A stretch of DNA of 64,000 nucleotides. It comes from a virus. Its lineage: Duplodnaviria; Caudoviricetes. The DNA is taken from the IMG/VR virus record IMGVR_UViG_3300002026_000014, positions 16,724 through 80,723 of that record; one strand, given 5' to 3'. The notes beneath the pieces are model-generated. The model worked only from the letters and a program-made list of their open reading frames with translations. It searched no databases and was not told where the DNA came from. Shown here piece by piece: positions 1 through 9,465 of this stretch; the first letter of the stretch is position 1; every line of letters begins with the position of its first letter. The position numbers were made by a program, and so were the translations under genes.

Positions 1-750
1 ATCGCCTCTATCTACGCTTAAACCGGCTTTGCCAGCAGATACACCACTACCTACTTGACCTTTATTTATCTCAATAATGTTGTCCGATGTAGTCACCGTG
101 GTGGAGCTTACTGTAGTAGTAGAACCATTGAGTACTAAATTACCAGTAACTGTTAAATTACCAGTGACACTTTGATTACCATCCACACTTGAATTACCGT
201 GCACGTTTGTTGTTGGTGCAGTTAATTCAATTGATTGATTTGCACCAAATCTAACTTGACCGCCTGTACCTAATGCTTGAAGTAATACGTCATTGTTAGA
301 GCCTGTCGAGGTTATGTTAACACCTTGTTCAGATGTAATTAATGTATTACCAACACCTGTTGTTTTAACATTAATTGATTGCCCTGGATCAGCTTTAATA
401 TTGACCGTGTCCGCTGTAGTACCTAGTACAGCTGTATCGCCTAAATATAAAGTATTGGTACTTAAATAAGCCTCATCCACATAAATAGCTTTAAATCTAT
501 TAGTTTCAGAACCAATACTCTTTGTTGAGTTTGTTGTAGGTAAAATATCACCAGCGATATTTAAATTTTTAACAGAGAAATCTTTAGTCAAATCACCATT
601 TACATTGGCTTTATTCAAATCTGCATTGGCTACAGCAGCATCGATAGCTACTAAAGCAGATTTTACAGCTTGAATATCACCCAGTCTAGTGTCCACTATT
701 TGAGCCCCTGGAATAGGGTAGCTTAGATTTGTTGATACAGTTGTGCTCAT
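1..750 (-). CDS. Tail fibre-like protein, runs off the left edge (partial; not in ORF track)
   Basis: ATG at 750 preceded by AAGGATTTTT; open to base 1: MSTTVSTNLSYPIPGAQIVDTRLGDIQAVKSALVAID...VTGNLTVTGNLVLNGSTTTVSSTTVTTSDNIIEINKG, beta-rich fibre-like sequence. Confidence 0.8.
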   Translation of the reverse strand, partial: MSTTVSTNLSYPIPGAQIVDTRLGDIQAVKSALVAIDAAVANADLNKANVNGDLTKDFSVKNLNIAGDILPTTNSTKSIGSETNRFKAIYVDEAYLSTNTLYLGDTAVLGTTADTVNIKADPGQSINVKTTGVGNTLITSEQGVNITSTGSNNDVLLQALGTGGQVRFGANQSIELTAPTTNVHGNSSVDGNQSVTGNLTVTGNLVLNGSTTTVSSTTVTTSDNIIEINKGQVGSGVSAGKAGLSVDRGD

Positions 751-817
751 AAAAATCCTTAAATAAATTTACGTTATTAAAACCATTAGAAACTATTATT
801 TCGTCACATAGTCATAG

Positions 818-859
818 AATAAACACATTATTAACTGTGACATTAATAATGTGTTTATT
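818..859. terminator. AT-rich inverted repeat, probable terminator
   Basis: AATAAACACATTATTAA / TTAATAATGTGTTTATT, 17-bp stem, 8-nt loop, downstream of 890..1201. Confidence 0.6.
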
Positions 860-889
860 TACTTTTTATGTTGTAATTTCGCTAAAATG

Positions 890-1201
890 TTAAATGCTAG
901 TAGCAGCTATATTGGTATTTGGAGCTATAGCGACGAATACACCGTTACCGAAAGCAGTAGATTGCCAATAAAGGTTCGCGGGTAATGTTCTAGCTGTCCA
1001 GTTAATACCATCAGTACTACTAGCTGCTATAGTTCCATTCACTTGGGACATCACTACAAACGTACCGTTACCATAAGCACTGCCTTGCCAACTACTGCTA
1101 ATAGGTAAAGTTCTCGCTATCCAACTATCTCCACGAGCTAACGCTTCTACGACTTCGATGATTCGATTAACTGCTAACATAACACTTTGTATAATAGACA
1201 T
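890..1201 (-). CDS. Short WTxRTLP-repeat (BNR-like propeller) protein, about 2 repeats
   Basis: WIARTLP...AYGNGTFVV...STDGINWTARTLP; paralog of the two adjacent genes. Confidence 0.8.
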   Translation of the reverse strand: MSIIQSVMLAVNRIIEVVEALARGDSWIARTLPISSSWQGSAYGNGTFVVMSQVNGTIAASSTDGINWTARTLPANLYWQSTAFGNGVFVAIAPNTNIAATSI

Positions 1202-1219
1202 AATAAATACCTTTAAAAA

Positions 1220-2125
1220 TTAAATGCTAGTAGCAGCTATAGTACCAATACCGGCTACAGCCACAAATACATCATTACCATAAGTAACTGCTTTCCAACC
1301 AGCACTCACAGGCATAGTTTTCTGAGTCCAGTTAATGCCGTCAGGACTAGTAGCAGCTATATCGGTATTATTAGCTACTGCAACAAACACACCATTACCA
1401 TAAGCAACGCCATACCAACTAGCAACTGTAGGTAATGTTCTCTGAGTCCATGTGATACCGTCTATAGATGTAGCAGCTTTAGTAGTATTATTAGCTACTG
1501 CAACAAACACTCCGTTACCAAAACAAGCAGCTTGCCAATAACTCGCAGGTAATGTTCTTTGTGTCCATGTAACACCGTTAGGTGATGTAACAACTACAGA
1601 ACCGTTGTAATTTATAGCTACAAATAATCCGTTACCATAGCAAGCAGAATACCAAGTACCCGTTACTGGTAAAGTTCTTTGAGTCCACGTAATACCATCC
1701 GAACTTGTAATAGCCACTGTGCTATTAGTAGCGAAAGCCGCGAACACCCCATTACCGTAAGCAATGGCCCTGAAAGTATAAATTGTCCAATTAGTACCTC
1801 CAGCTGGCATTGATCTTTGAGTCCAAGTGATTCCATCGGGACTACTAGCTACAACACCAGTGCCCATAATAACAAACATTCCGTTACCAAAAGTAACGAC
1901 CACGCCTGAAATTCCTCCGGGTAAAGTTCGCTGTGCCCAAGTAATCCCATCAGTACTGGTAGCTACTACTGTGCCATTAGATGCAGCAACAAACATACCA
2001 TTACCAAAAGCAATAGATGACCATCCTCGTGCAGAAGGTAATGTTCTTTGTATCCAACTATCTCCACGAGCCAATATTTCCATAATGCGGCTGGCGGATA
2101 TCATGATACTGTGTATAACAGACAT
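1220..2125 (-). CDS. WTQRTLP-repeat beta-propeller protein, putative fibre-tip adhesin
   Basis: About six copies of W-x-QRTLP...YGNG(V/L/M)FVA...S-x-DGITW (BNR/Asp-box-like). Confidence 0.85.
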   Translation of the reverse strand: MSVIHSIMISASRIMEILARGDSWIQRTLPSARGWSSIAFGNGMFVAASNGTVVATSTDGITWAQRTLPGGISGVVVTFGNGMFVIMGTGVVASSPDGITWTQRSMPAGGTNWTIYTFRAIAYGNGVFAAFATNSTVAITSSDGITWTQRTLPVTGTWYSACYGNGLFVAINYNGSVVVTSPNGVTWTQRTLPASYWQAACFGNGVFVAVANNTTKAATSIDGITWTQRTLPTVASWYGVAYGNGVFVAVANNTDIAATSPDGINWTQKTMPVSAGWKAVTYGNDVFVAVAGIGTIAATSI

Positions 2126-2141
2126 AATTATTCCTTAAAGT

Positions 2142-3083
2142 TTAAATACTACTAGCAGCTATAGTACTATTATAAGCTACAGCTACAAATTTATCTTGCC
2201 CATAACAAACAGAATACCATTCTGCGCTAACAGGTAATGTCCTCTGAGTCCAATTAATACCATCAGTACTAGTAGCTGCTTTATTACTGTTATAAGCAAT
2301 AGCTACAAACACACCATTGCCATAAGTAACTGATTGCCATGCGCCGCTCACAGGTAAAATCTTTTTAACCCAGTTGATCCCGTCTGTAGAAACAATAGCT
2401 GTTTGAGATAAAGCTGTCTCATTATAGTAATTAGTACCACCGGAAACTGCTACAAACACTCCGTTACCAAAACATGCGCCCCGCCATTTGTTTGTTTCAG
2501 GTAATGCCCTCACTGTCCAGTTAATACCATCAGGACTAGTGATTGCTGTATTACCATTGTGGTCAAAAAAGACAAACAAACCATTACCATAAGCTCCTGC
2601 TTTCCATTGGTTTTGACCCACCCATGGCAAATTAATTTGTGACCAATTGTGACCATCAATTGATCTTACACCTGAACCACTACCTTGTGACGCAATTACA
2701 AACACCCCGTTACCAAATATAGGTACTGTCCAATTAGTACTCAAAGGTAAATTACTTTGTGTCCAATTAATACCATCTGGACTGTTGTATGATACAGATG
2801 ACCATCTTGCAAATATTACAAAAACACCATTTCCGAAAATGATAAATTCCCATGCGGCATTATGTGGAACTGAACCAAGAGTCCAATTAATGCCATCATT
2901 TGATGTAGCAATTACCGTACTATTAACTTCGGACCCGCTTACGGCTACAAACACCCCGTTACCATAAGTCACTGAGTTCCAACGTTGAGAACTTGGTAAA
3001 GTTCTTTGTATCCAACTATCTCCACGAGCCAATATTTCCATAATGCGGCTGGCGGATATCATGATACTTTGTATAATAGGCAT
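2142..3083 (-). CDS. WTQRTLP-repeat beta-propeller protein, putative fibre-tip adhesin
   Basis: Same repeat unit (GNGVFV, S-x-DGINW); N-terminus nearly identical to 1220..2125. Confidence 0.85.
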   Translation of the reverse strand: MPIIQSIMISASRIMEILARGDSWIQRTLPSSQRWNSVTYGNGVFVAVSGSEVNSTVIATSNDGINWTLGSVPHNAAWEFIIFGNGVFVIFARWSSVSYNSPDGINWTQSNLPLSTNWTVPIFGNGVFVIASQGSGSGVRSIDGHNWSQINLPWVGQNQWKAGAYGNGLFVFFDHNGNTAITSPDGINWTVRALPETNKWRGACFGNGVFVAVSGGTNYYNETALSQTAIVSTDGINWVKKILPVSGAWQSVTYGNGVFVAIAYNSNKAATSTDGINWTQRTLPVSAEWYSVCYGQDKFVAVAYNSTIAASSI

Positions 3084-3105
3084 AACTATTCCTTGAAATA
3101 TTATA

Positions 3106-3134
3106 ATACCCAGTGCAAAATATGCACTGGGTAT
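3106..3134. terminator. Hairpin, probable terminator
   Basis: ATACCCAGTGCA-aaata-TGCACTGGGTAT. Confidence 0.65.
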
Positions 3135-3155
3135 ATGTTGTATAAAATAATAACT

Positions 3156-3692
3156 TTACGTTAGATTTGTTCCTGAAATAATCCACTCAGTGGCTGTTAT
3201 TTTAAGAGCAGTAGCTACACCGTTTGCAGCGAGCGTACGATTACCAGCAGTGCCAGCGCCTGCTAAACGCATAGTGTCAGAAGTGATTGCAATGGTGATA
3301 GCACCAGCAGCGTTGTGATTGACAAAAGTCAAAGCGGTACCGATTTCATAAGCAACAGCTGAATTCGCTGGGATCGTATAAGTACGAGCAGTGGTGTCGG
3401 CTGATGGATGCAGAACATGTTTTCCTGCATCTGCTAATACACATGTATAGTCTGCTGATTTTGAATTTTGTGGAATATTGTTAGTTCCACAATTTGCGAT
3501 GTCAGCGGTAGTTAAAGTTACATTGCCGCTACGACCGGCGACCGATTGCACAGATGAAGTCAATAGATTGTTTATATCGGCATCTATAGCAACCAATGCA
3601 GATTTAACTGCAGTGATGTCTTGAATGCGCTTATCGCTTGTGGTGCAACCGGGTAACTGAAACCCGCGATGTGCTGAATTACTAGTTGGCAT
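3156..3692 (-). CDS. Short tail fibre / virion appendage protein
   Basis: Shared fibre N-terminus (DITAVKSALVAID), VQSVAGRSGNVTL fibre motif, beta-rich C-terminal domain. Confidence 0.75.
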   Translation of the reverse strand: MPTSNSAHRGFQLPGCTTSDKRIQDITAVKSALVAIDADINNLLTSSVQSVAGRSGNVTLTTADIANCGTNNIPQNSKSADYTCVLADAGKHVLHPSADTTARTYTIPANSAVAYEIGTALTFVNHNAAGAITIAITSDTMRLAGAGTAGNRTLAANGVATALKITATEWIISGTNLT

Positions 3693-3746
3693 TTTAAAAT
3701 CCTTAAAATATTGATTATTTTTTAACTAAACTAATAGTGATATGAC

Positions 3747-3780
3747 ATAAAAATCCCTATTTCACAATAGGGATTTTTAT
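3747..3780. terminator. Hairpin, probable terminator
   Basis: ATAAAAATCCCTAT-ttcaca-ATAGGGATTTTTAT. Confidence 0.7.
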
Positions 3781-3788
3781 ATTAATGT

Positions 3789-3917
3789 TTAGCGAAAATT
3801 ACCTGCTATACGTGCTTGCAATTCAGCAGCAGCTTTCATTGCAGCAGCCATAGCTGCAAACGTTGCAAACATATCACTTTGCGATTTAAGAATCGCGTCG
3901 ATTTGCTCTTGTGTCAT
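3789..3917 (-). CDS. 42-aa Ala-rich small protein (not in ORF track)
   Basis: GGAG 8 nt upstream of ATG; MTQEQIDAILKSQSDMFATFAAMAAAMKAAAELQARIAGNFR*; flanked by two hairpins. Confidence 0.65.
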   Translation of the reverse strand: MTQEQIDAILKSQSDMFATFAAMAAAMKAAAELQARIAGNFR

Positions 3918-3944
3918 TTTAAATACTCCATAAAAAAAGAAATG

Positions 3945-3976
3945 TCACACTCAGATTAATATTAATCTGAGTGTGA
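3945..3976. terminator. Perfect 32-bp palindrome
   Basis: TCACACTCAGATTAAT|ATTAATCTGAGTGTGA. Confidence 0.65.
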
Positions 3977-4078
3977 TATCGAGGTTAGCTAATTACTATT
4001 TAAGGCCAAGTTGCGTTAGCATCAGCCCAAACAATATCAGCGTCACCCCAAACTGCACCTAAACCAGAGGCTACACCA

Positions 4079-5173
4079 TCAACGAAAATAGCTCACTTTA
4101 ACGCGGTCACCAGATAATGGTGCAGCAGCTAAAGTGATGTCCTTTCCAGAGATTGTATAGTCGTTTGAAGCACCTGGCTCAAGCATTAAACCGTTTAGGA
4201 AAACGGATTCGCTGCCAACGTAAGGTGTGTTAGCTAAAACAAACAGTGCATTAGTACCGTCGATAGAACCAACGGGTGTTTCACGAACAACTAGTTTGTC
4301 GTAGGTGAGACCGCTGCTAACTGCGCCTTCCAGAACAACCAAACGGGTGTCAAGTGCTGTATCAGCATCTGCGCGAGCAGTAGCTTCAGCAGTGATGGCA
4401 ACACCACGTGCAGTGACTTCGGCAGAAATAGCAGCAGTATGTACAGCATCAGCATTCGTACGCGCTAGAGCTTCAGCGTCAATGTTTGATTGCAGTGTCG
4501 TGTCAGCAGTAGCACGAGTTGTAGCTTCAGCAGAAACGGCAGTGGTACGAGCAGAAGCTTCAGCGGCGATTGCATCAGACAGAGCAGTGTCTGAATTGGT
4601 ACGTGCAGTAACTTCATTAGCCAATGCAGTTGCAGCGCTTGTGTCAGCAGTGGTACGAGTCAAGACTTCAGCAGCTAGTGCGGCATCTTGAGCGTTATCT
4701 TTAACCAATTGAGCAGCAACAGCAGCAGCCAAGTCAGCAGCAGCAGTAGCGCCACCAGCAGCAACCAGGTCAGCAATGTCAGCAGCCAGAGCAGCATCAC
4801 CAGCGATACGTGCATCAGCTTCGGTCTTCAGAGCAGCATCAAGAGCTAGAACAGCAGCTTTGATAGAAGCAGAAGCGCCTAGATAGTTAGTAGTACCGGG
4901 AACGAAAGAGCCGTCAGCTTCCAGGCCAGCACCAGAGCGAGTCTGATTGACCATAGTGGTGATAGCACCTTGGAGGGTGGTATCTGCGCCTTGGAATGCA
5001 GTCGTCAGTGCTTCAACAGCAGCCATACGTTCTGCATCAGTAGACATCGTGTTAAAGATGCTAGTGATATTTGACTCAATTGCAGCCAATGATGCTTCGA
5101 AAGCTGCATCAATACGGTCCCGTGGGATCGTGGCTAAACGGATCTGCAAACCGCGAATAGAGGTAGAACTCAT
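4079..5173 (-). CDS. Ala-rich coiled-coil fibre/appendage protein with small C-terminal beta domain
   Basis: Repeats of EA(T/S)AR(T/A)xADxAL; C-terminal GTNALFVLANTP...LNGL...DYTISG...VSYFR. Confidence 0.8.
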   Translation of the reverse strand: MSSTSIRGLQIRLATIPRDRIDAAFEASLAAIESNITSIFNTMSTDAERMAAVEALTTAFQGADTTLQGAITTMVNQTRSGAGLEADGSFVPGTTNYLGASASIKAAVLALDAALKTEADARIAGDAALAADIADLVAAGGATAAADLAAAVAAQLVKDNAQDAALAAEVLTRTTADTSAATALANEVTARTNSDTALSDAIAAEASARTTAVSAEATTRATADTTLQSNIDAEALARTNADAVHTAAISAEVTARGVAITAEATARADADTALDTRLVVLEGAVSSGLTYDKLVVRETPVGSIDGTNALFVLANTPYVGSESVFLNGLMLEPGASNDYTISGKDITLAAAPLSGDRVKVSYFR

Positions 5174-5282
5174 TTTATAAATTTCCTATAAAAACAAACA
5201 CAAAAACATACTTAAAAATGGAATTATTTAAAAGTACGCAACCGATTAATTTGGTATAAACACAAATTGATGTTGTATTATA

Positions 5283-5975
5283 TCAAACAGTGTAACTCAC
5301 CACCATATTATCTGTCATATCCAAAACCAAAGAATTATTAGTCCAGTTTAAAACATTGTTGTTTATTGTGTAATCATGAATTTCTCCATAAGCATACGTT
5401 AAACCATTGACTGTTAAAATTGAATTCTCTTTGTCTAATGGCATATGATTCAGATTAAAAACCATTTGTCCATTTTCAGTCACTGGAAGTTGAGTAGTGA
5501 TTTTACTGGCAGCTACCGGTAAACCATTACTCAACTTATCCATAATATTTATAATGTCGTTTAGCATCGCTGCTAAAGTACTACCACTATAAACGTCAGG
5601 GTAGACATTATCTACTGCTGGTATTGCTAATTTTAAATTTGGTGTGGTTTGAGACACCAAACAAAATGTACTGTTAGTAGGTAAATCTATTTCCTCTTCC
5701 AAACTATCCCAAAGAATAGTGCCAGATATCCTCACAGTATCTATGTATTCTAAACTCGTAAATACATATCTGTTTGTAACACCTACCACACCCATGAATG
5801 TGTTTTTATCTGTGGCGGGTACATATATAACAAACCCTAAGGCAATGTCGTAAGCACCATTACCTGTAAAATCTGTTTGATTATTGAAGAGAGCATTCTC
5901 GAATGTATATTCACCAGGGTTTCCCGTAGGCGTAAATGAATCTACATAAAGAGCGCCATTTACAATTCTGGCCAT
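5283..5975 (-). CDS. Putative virion structural protein
   Basis: 230-aa ORF in the fibre operon; C-terminal module resembles that of 4079..5173. Confidence 0.7.
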   Translation of the reverse strand: MARIVNGALYVDSFTPTGNPGEYTFENALFNNQTDFTGNGAYDIALGFVIYVPATDKNTFMGVVGVTNRYVFTSLEYIDTVRISGTILWDSLEEEIDLPTNSTFCLVSQTTPNLKLAIPAVDNVYPDVYSGSTLAAMLNDIINIMDKLSNGLPVAASKITTQLPVTENGQMVFNLNHMPLDKENSILTVNGLTYAYGEIHDYTINNNVLNWTNNSLVLDMTDNMVVSYTV

Positions 5976-5990
5976 TGGAATTTCCTTTTG

Positions 5991-8900
5991 TTAGAATTGC
6001 AACATCATAATAATACCTGTAGTAGCCGCTGGTAATATATTAAATTGGAAAGTTGAATAACCCGCTCCAGCATTATTCATGTATAATGTATTACCAACCA
6101 TTGCTAATGTATCGGAATCTTGTCTTACTTGTTGCAGTGGTAAATAAACAGTATCATTACTAATGTTATCACCACCACCATTAATACTAGATGCAGGCAC
6201 AGTAATTACATACGTGGTACCTGTTCTAACATTTGCTTTCAAGTGAATTCTCATTGATAACAATGTTAAATCACAATTAGCTGGCGCTGATAATACACCT
6301 GATCCTATATTTACCGTAGTTGAATTATGCGCATATGTGAAACCATTAAGATAAGCACATTCTGCACCACTAGTGCCACCGGTATCAACGCAATTTACAC
6401 TGTAAGTATCGGTCGTCACATTAATGATAAGTGCTGATAAATAATTCGTATTTGTATTTCTAACAATGACCCTATTTCCTACAACTCTTCCATGTCCAGG
6501 ATGAGTAATTGTTAAAACTGTACCAGTTCTACTCCAAGCTAAATTAGCAAATACAGTCGAAGAAGAAACTACCCATACTGCTAACCCTGGAGTTGGTTCT
6601 GCTAAATATCTTGCTGTATTGTTGTATAAACTCATGTTAGTGACAGTACCGCCACCGGTTCCAGGTATACCTTGTATACCCTGAATACCTTGTGGACCTG
6701 CTGGGCCAGTTAAACCAATAGGGCCTTGAGGACCTGGTACGTTGCTAACACCATCAGCTCCTGCTGGACCTGCTGGACCTTGAGGTCCTATTGCACCATC
6801 GGTACCTGCAGGACCCTGAGGTCCGGGTACTGTACTATCAGCACCAGTGGCACCAGTAGGGCCTGCTGGACCAGTTAAACCAATAGGGCCCTGTGGTCCT
6901 GGTACGTTGCTAACACCATCAGCACCAGTTAAACCTTGAGGTCCTTGTATACCTTGGGGTCCAGCTGGACCAGTAGCACCATCTGCACCAGCAGGACCTT
7001 GAGGACCAGCAGGACCAACTTCACCTTGAGGACCAGCAGGACCAGTTAGACCTTGAATACCTTGCGGTCCTGCTACTGTACTATCTGCACCTGCAGGACC
7101 TGTTAAACCAATAGGTCCTTGTGGACCTTCAGCACCCGCAGGTCCAGTAAGACCTGTATCGCCTTTAGGACCTGTGGCACCCATATCACCTGTAACACCT
7201 GCAGGACCCTGCAAACCTTGAGGACCTGTTAAACCTGGACTACCATCTGCTCCAGCAGGACCTTGAATACCCTGTGGGCCAGTGAGTCCCGTATCGCCCT
7301 TAGGTCCTTGCACGCCAGGTGTACCTTGCACGCCATCTGCTCCAGCAGCACCAGCATTACCTTGAGGACCTGTCAAACCTTGTACACCTTGAGGACCTTG
7401 TGAACCTGTATTACCAGTTAAGCCTTGAATACCTTGTGGACCTTGAGGTCCTGGTACTGTTGATTCTGGACCTGTTAAACCAGTTGCACCTGTTAAACCC
7501 TGAGGGCCTTGATCACCAGTATCGCCTTTAGGACCTTGTGGACCAACTGAACCTTGTAGGCCTTGAGGACCTTCAATGCCTTGAATACCTTGAGGACCTT
7601 GTGGGCCTGCTGGACCTGGTATATCACTAACACCATCAGCACCAGCTAAACCTTGAGGTCCTTGAATGCCTTGTGGACCTGCTGGACCTTGTGGTCCCAT
7701 TGGACCTTCTACAGTACTATCAGCACCTGTTAAGCCTTGAATACCTTGAGGACCTTCAGGTCCTGGTAACCCTTGAGGACCCATAGGTCCTGCTACTGTA
7801 CTATCTGCACCTGCGGGTCCTTGGATACCTTGTAACCCTTGTGGACCAGTTGGTCCGGCTACTGTACTATCTGCGCCAGCTGGACCTTGAGGACCTGCAG
7901 GTCCCTCTGGACCTATTGCTCCATCAGCGCCAGCTGGACCTGTAAGTCCTTGAATGCCTTGTGGACCTGCTGGTCCCGCAGGACCCATCAATCCCTCTGG
8001 ACCTTGAGGACCTACTGGTCCCGGTGAGCCAGCAACACCATCAGCGCCAGCAGGACCTACTGGACCTGTAGCACCTTGTGGACCCGGTGGTCCGTCAGCG
8101 CCAGCTACACCTGCATAACCTGTTAAACCTTGGATACCTTGAGGGCCAGAAGCACCTATTGCGCCAGCAGGTCCGGGAACTGTTGAATCAGCGCCAGTGG
8201 CACCAGTAGGACCTGCTGGACCCATGGGTCCCATAGGACCCGTTAAACCTTGAGGACCGGCTACAGTGCTATCTGCACCTTGAGGACCCTGGGGACCAGC
8301 TGGACCAACAGGTCCTTGTATACCTTCAGGTCCATCTATACCTTGGTCACCTTTAGGTCCCACTGGACCCATTAATCCTTCAGGACCTTGAGGACCTGTT
8401 AAGCCTTGTGGACCAGCTACTGTGCTATCTGCACCTGCTGGTCCCTGAGGACCTTCTGGACCGGTGAGGCCTTGAGATCCAGTATCGCCTTTAAGTCCTT
8501 GTGGTCCGATTGGACCTTGAGGACCAGCAGGACCATTTGCGCCAGCTGGACCTGGGGATCCAGTTAAGCCTTGAGGACCTTGAGGACCTGTAGGTCCAGT
8601 ATTACCTGTCAGGCCAGGAATACCTTGAGGTCCGGGTACTGTACTAGCGGCGCCAGTGGCACCAACAGGTCCAGTTAAACCAATAGGACCTTGATTACCT
8701 TGAGCGCCTTGAGCACCAGTTAAACCAGTGTCTCCTTTTAAACCTACATTACCTTGAGGACCTGCAGGACCCATAGGGCCAACAGGACCAACAGGACCCA
8801 TCGGTCCAACTTCACCTTGAGGACCGTCGGCGCCAGTTAAACCAGTGTTACCTTGAATACCTTGTAAACCTTGGATACCACGAGGACCTTGAGGGCCTAT

Positions 8901-9296
8901 GCCAGTAATAGAAGATCCGATAGCTGGCATCTCTACCCATTGGCTAGGCTGGAATTGATCTGTAGTTAGGAATGGTACTGAAGCTGGATCTGCTCTATAA
9001 GGAATGTCTTCATAGAAGACGGTAAATAGATCATCATTGACCTGTAAATCTTTTTCGAAGTATACGGGTACGTTATAACCAGTAGGTTTAATACCAGAAG
9101 CTACTGATACTAAATTCATAAAGTCATAAACCGTCATCACCTGTCCACCTGGACCGCCTAAGGTGTGACCAATGGCTTTACTACCTACTGGGCTATCTAA
9201 TTGGATTTCTTTTACTGACAGACCGTCTGAGAAATCTATTGGTAATCTATCCTTTGCTCTAAAAATAACTGGGGTTGTATCGATTGGTTTTTTCAT
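5991..9296 (-). CDS. Collagen-like fibre protein
   Basis: Roughly 750 residues of Gly-X-Y (GPQ, GPA, GLT) between globular N- and C-terminal regions. Confidence 0.92.
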   Translation of the reverse strand: MKKPIDTTPVIFRAKDRLPIDFSDGLSVKEIQLDSPVGSKAIGHTLGGPGGQVMTVYDFMNLVSVASGIKPTGYNVPVYFEKDLQVNDDLFTVFYEDIPYRADPASVPFLTTDQFQPSQWVEMPAIGSSITGIGPQGPRGIQGLQGIQGNTGLTGADGPQGEVGPMGPVGPVGPMGPAGPQGNVGLKGDTGLTGAQGAQGNQGPIGLTGPVGATGAASTVPGPQGIPGLTGNTGPTGPQGPQGLTGSPGPAGANGPAGPQGPIGPQGLKGDTGSQGLTGPEGPQGPAGADSTVAGPQGLTGPQGPEGLMGPVGPKGDQGIDGPEGIQGPVGPAGPQGPQGADSTVAGPQGLTGPMGPMGPAGPTGATGADSTVPGPAGAIGASGPQGIQGLTGYAGVAGADGPPGPQGATGPVGPAGADGVAGSPGPVGPQGPEGLMGPAGPAGPQGIQGLTGPAGADGAIGPEGPAGPQGPAGADSTVAGPTGPQGLQGIQGPAGADSTVAGPMGPQGLPGPEGPQGIQGLTGADSTVEGPMGPQGPAGPQGIQGPQGLAGADGVSDIPGPAGPQGPQGIQGIEGPQGLQGSVGPQGPKGDTGDQGPQGLTGATGLTGPESTVPGPQGPQGIQGLTGNTGSQGPQGVQGLTGPQGNAGAAGADGVQGTPGVQGPKGDTGLTGPQGIQGPAGADGSPGLTGPQGLQGPAGVTGDMGATGPKGDTGLTGPAGAEGPQGPIGLTGPAGADSTVAGPQGIQGLTGPAGPQGEVGPAGPQGPAGADGATGPAGPQGIQGPQGLTGADGVSNVPGPQGPIGLTGPAGPTGATGADSTVPGPQGPAGTDGAIGPQGPAGPAGADGVSNVPGPQGPIGLTGPAGPQGIQGIQGIPGTGGGTVTNMSLYNNTARYLAEPTPGLAVWVVSSSTVFANLAWSRTGTVLTITHPGHGRVVGNRVIVRNTNTNYLSALIINVTTDTYSVNCVDTGGTSGAECAYLNGFTYAHNSTTVNIGSGVLSAPANCDLTLLSMRIHLKANVRTGTTYVITVPASSINGGGDNISNDTVYLPLQQVRQDSDTLAMVGNTLYMNNAGAGYSTFQFNILPAATTGIIMMLQF
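6650..8905 (-). repeat. 9-bp-period coding repeat (collagen Gly-X-Y)
   Basis: Recurrent CCTTGAGGACC / GGACCTG motifs; near-duplicate blocks at about 6695-6759 and 6860-6924. Confidence 0.9.
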
Positions 9297-9465
9297 TAAT
9301 TTCTCCTAGATTCAAAGTATGTATTAAGTAGTTAAATTTTTCGACATAAATGGTACAATAGATCATTACGACCTATTGTACCGTTATGATTATTTCATCA
9401 TTTTTTAAATGATGATTGCTCAAATCAATTCAGTAAATAATCGTTATTTACTTCACATATGATAT

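Noticed and set aside
1827-2967. ORFs 1827..2138 and 2785..2967 (+)
   Set aside because: Antisense to well-supported propeller genes.
4305-5180. ORFs 4305..4691 and 4947..5180 (+)
   Set aside because: Antisense shadows of an Ala-rich gene.
7319-8027. ORFs 7319..7531 and 7839..8027 (+)
   Set aside because: Antisense shadows of the collagen gene.
6650-8905. Dense short DNA repeats resembling an array
   Set aside because: They are codon repeats of the collagen Gly-X-Y ORF, with no constant repeat/unique spacer pattern; not CRISPR.
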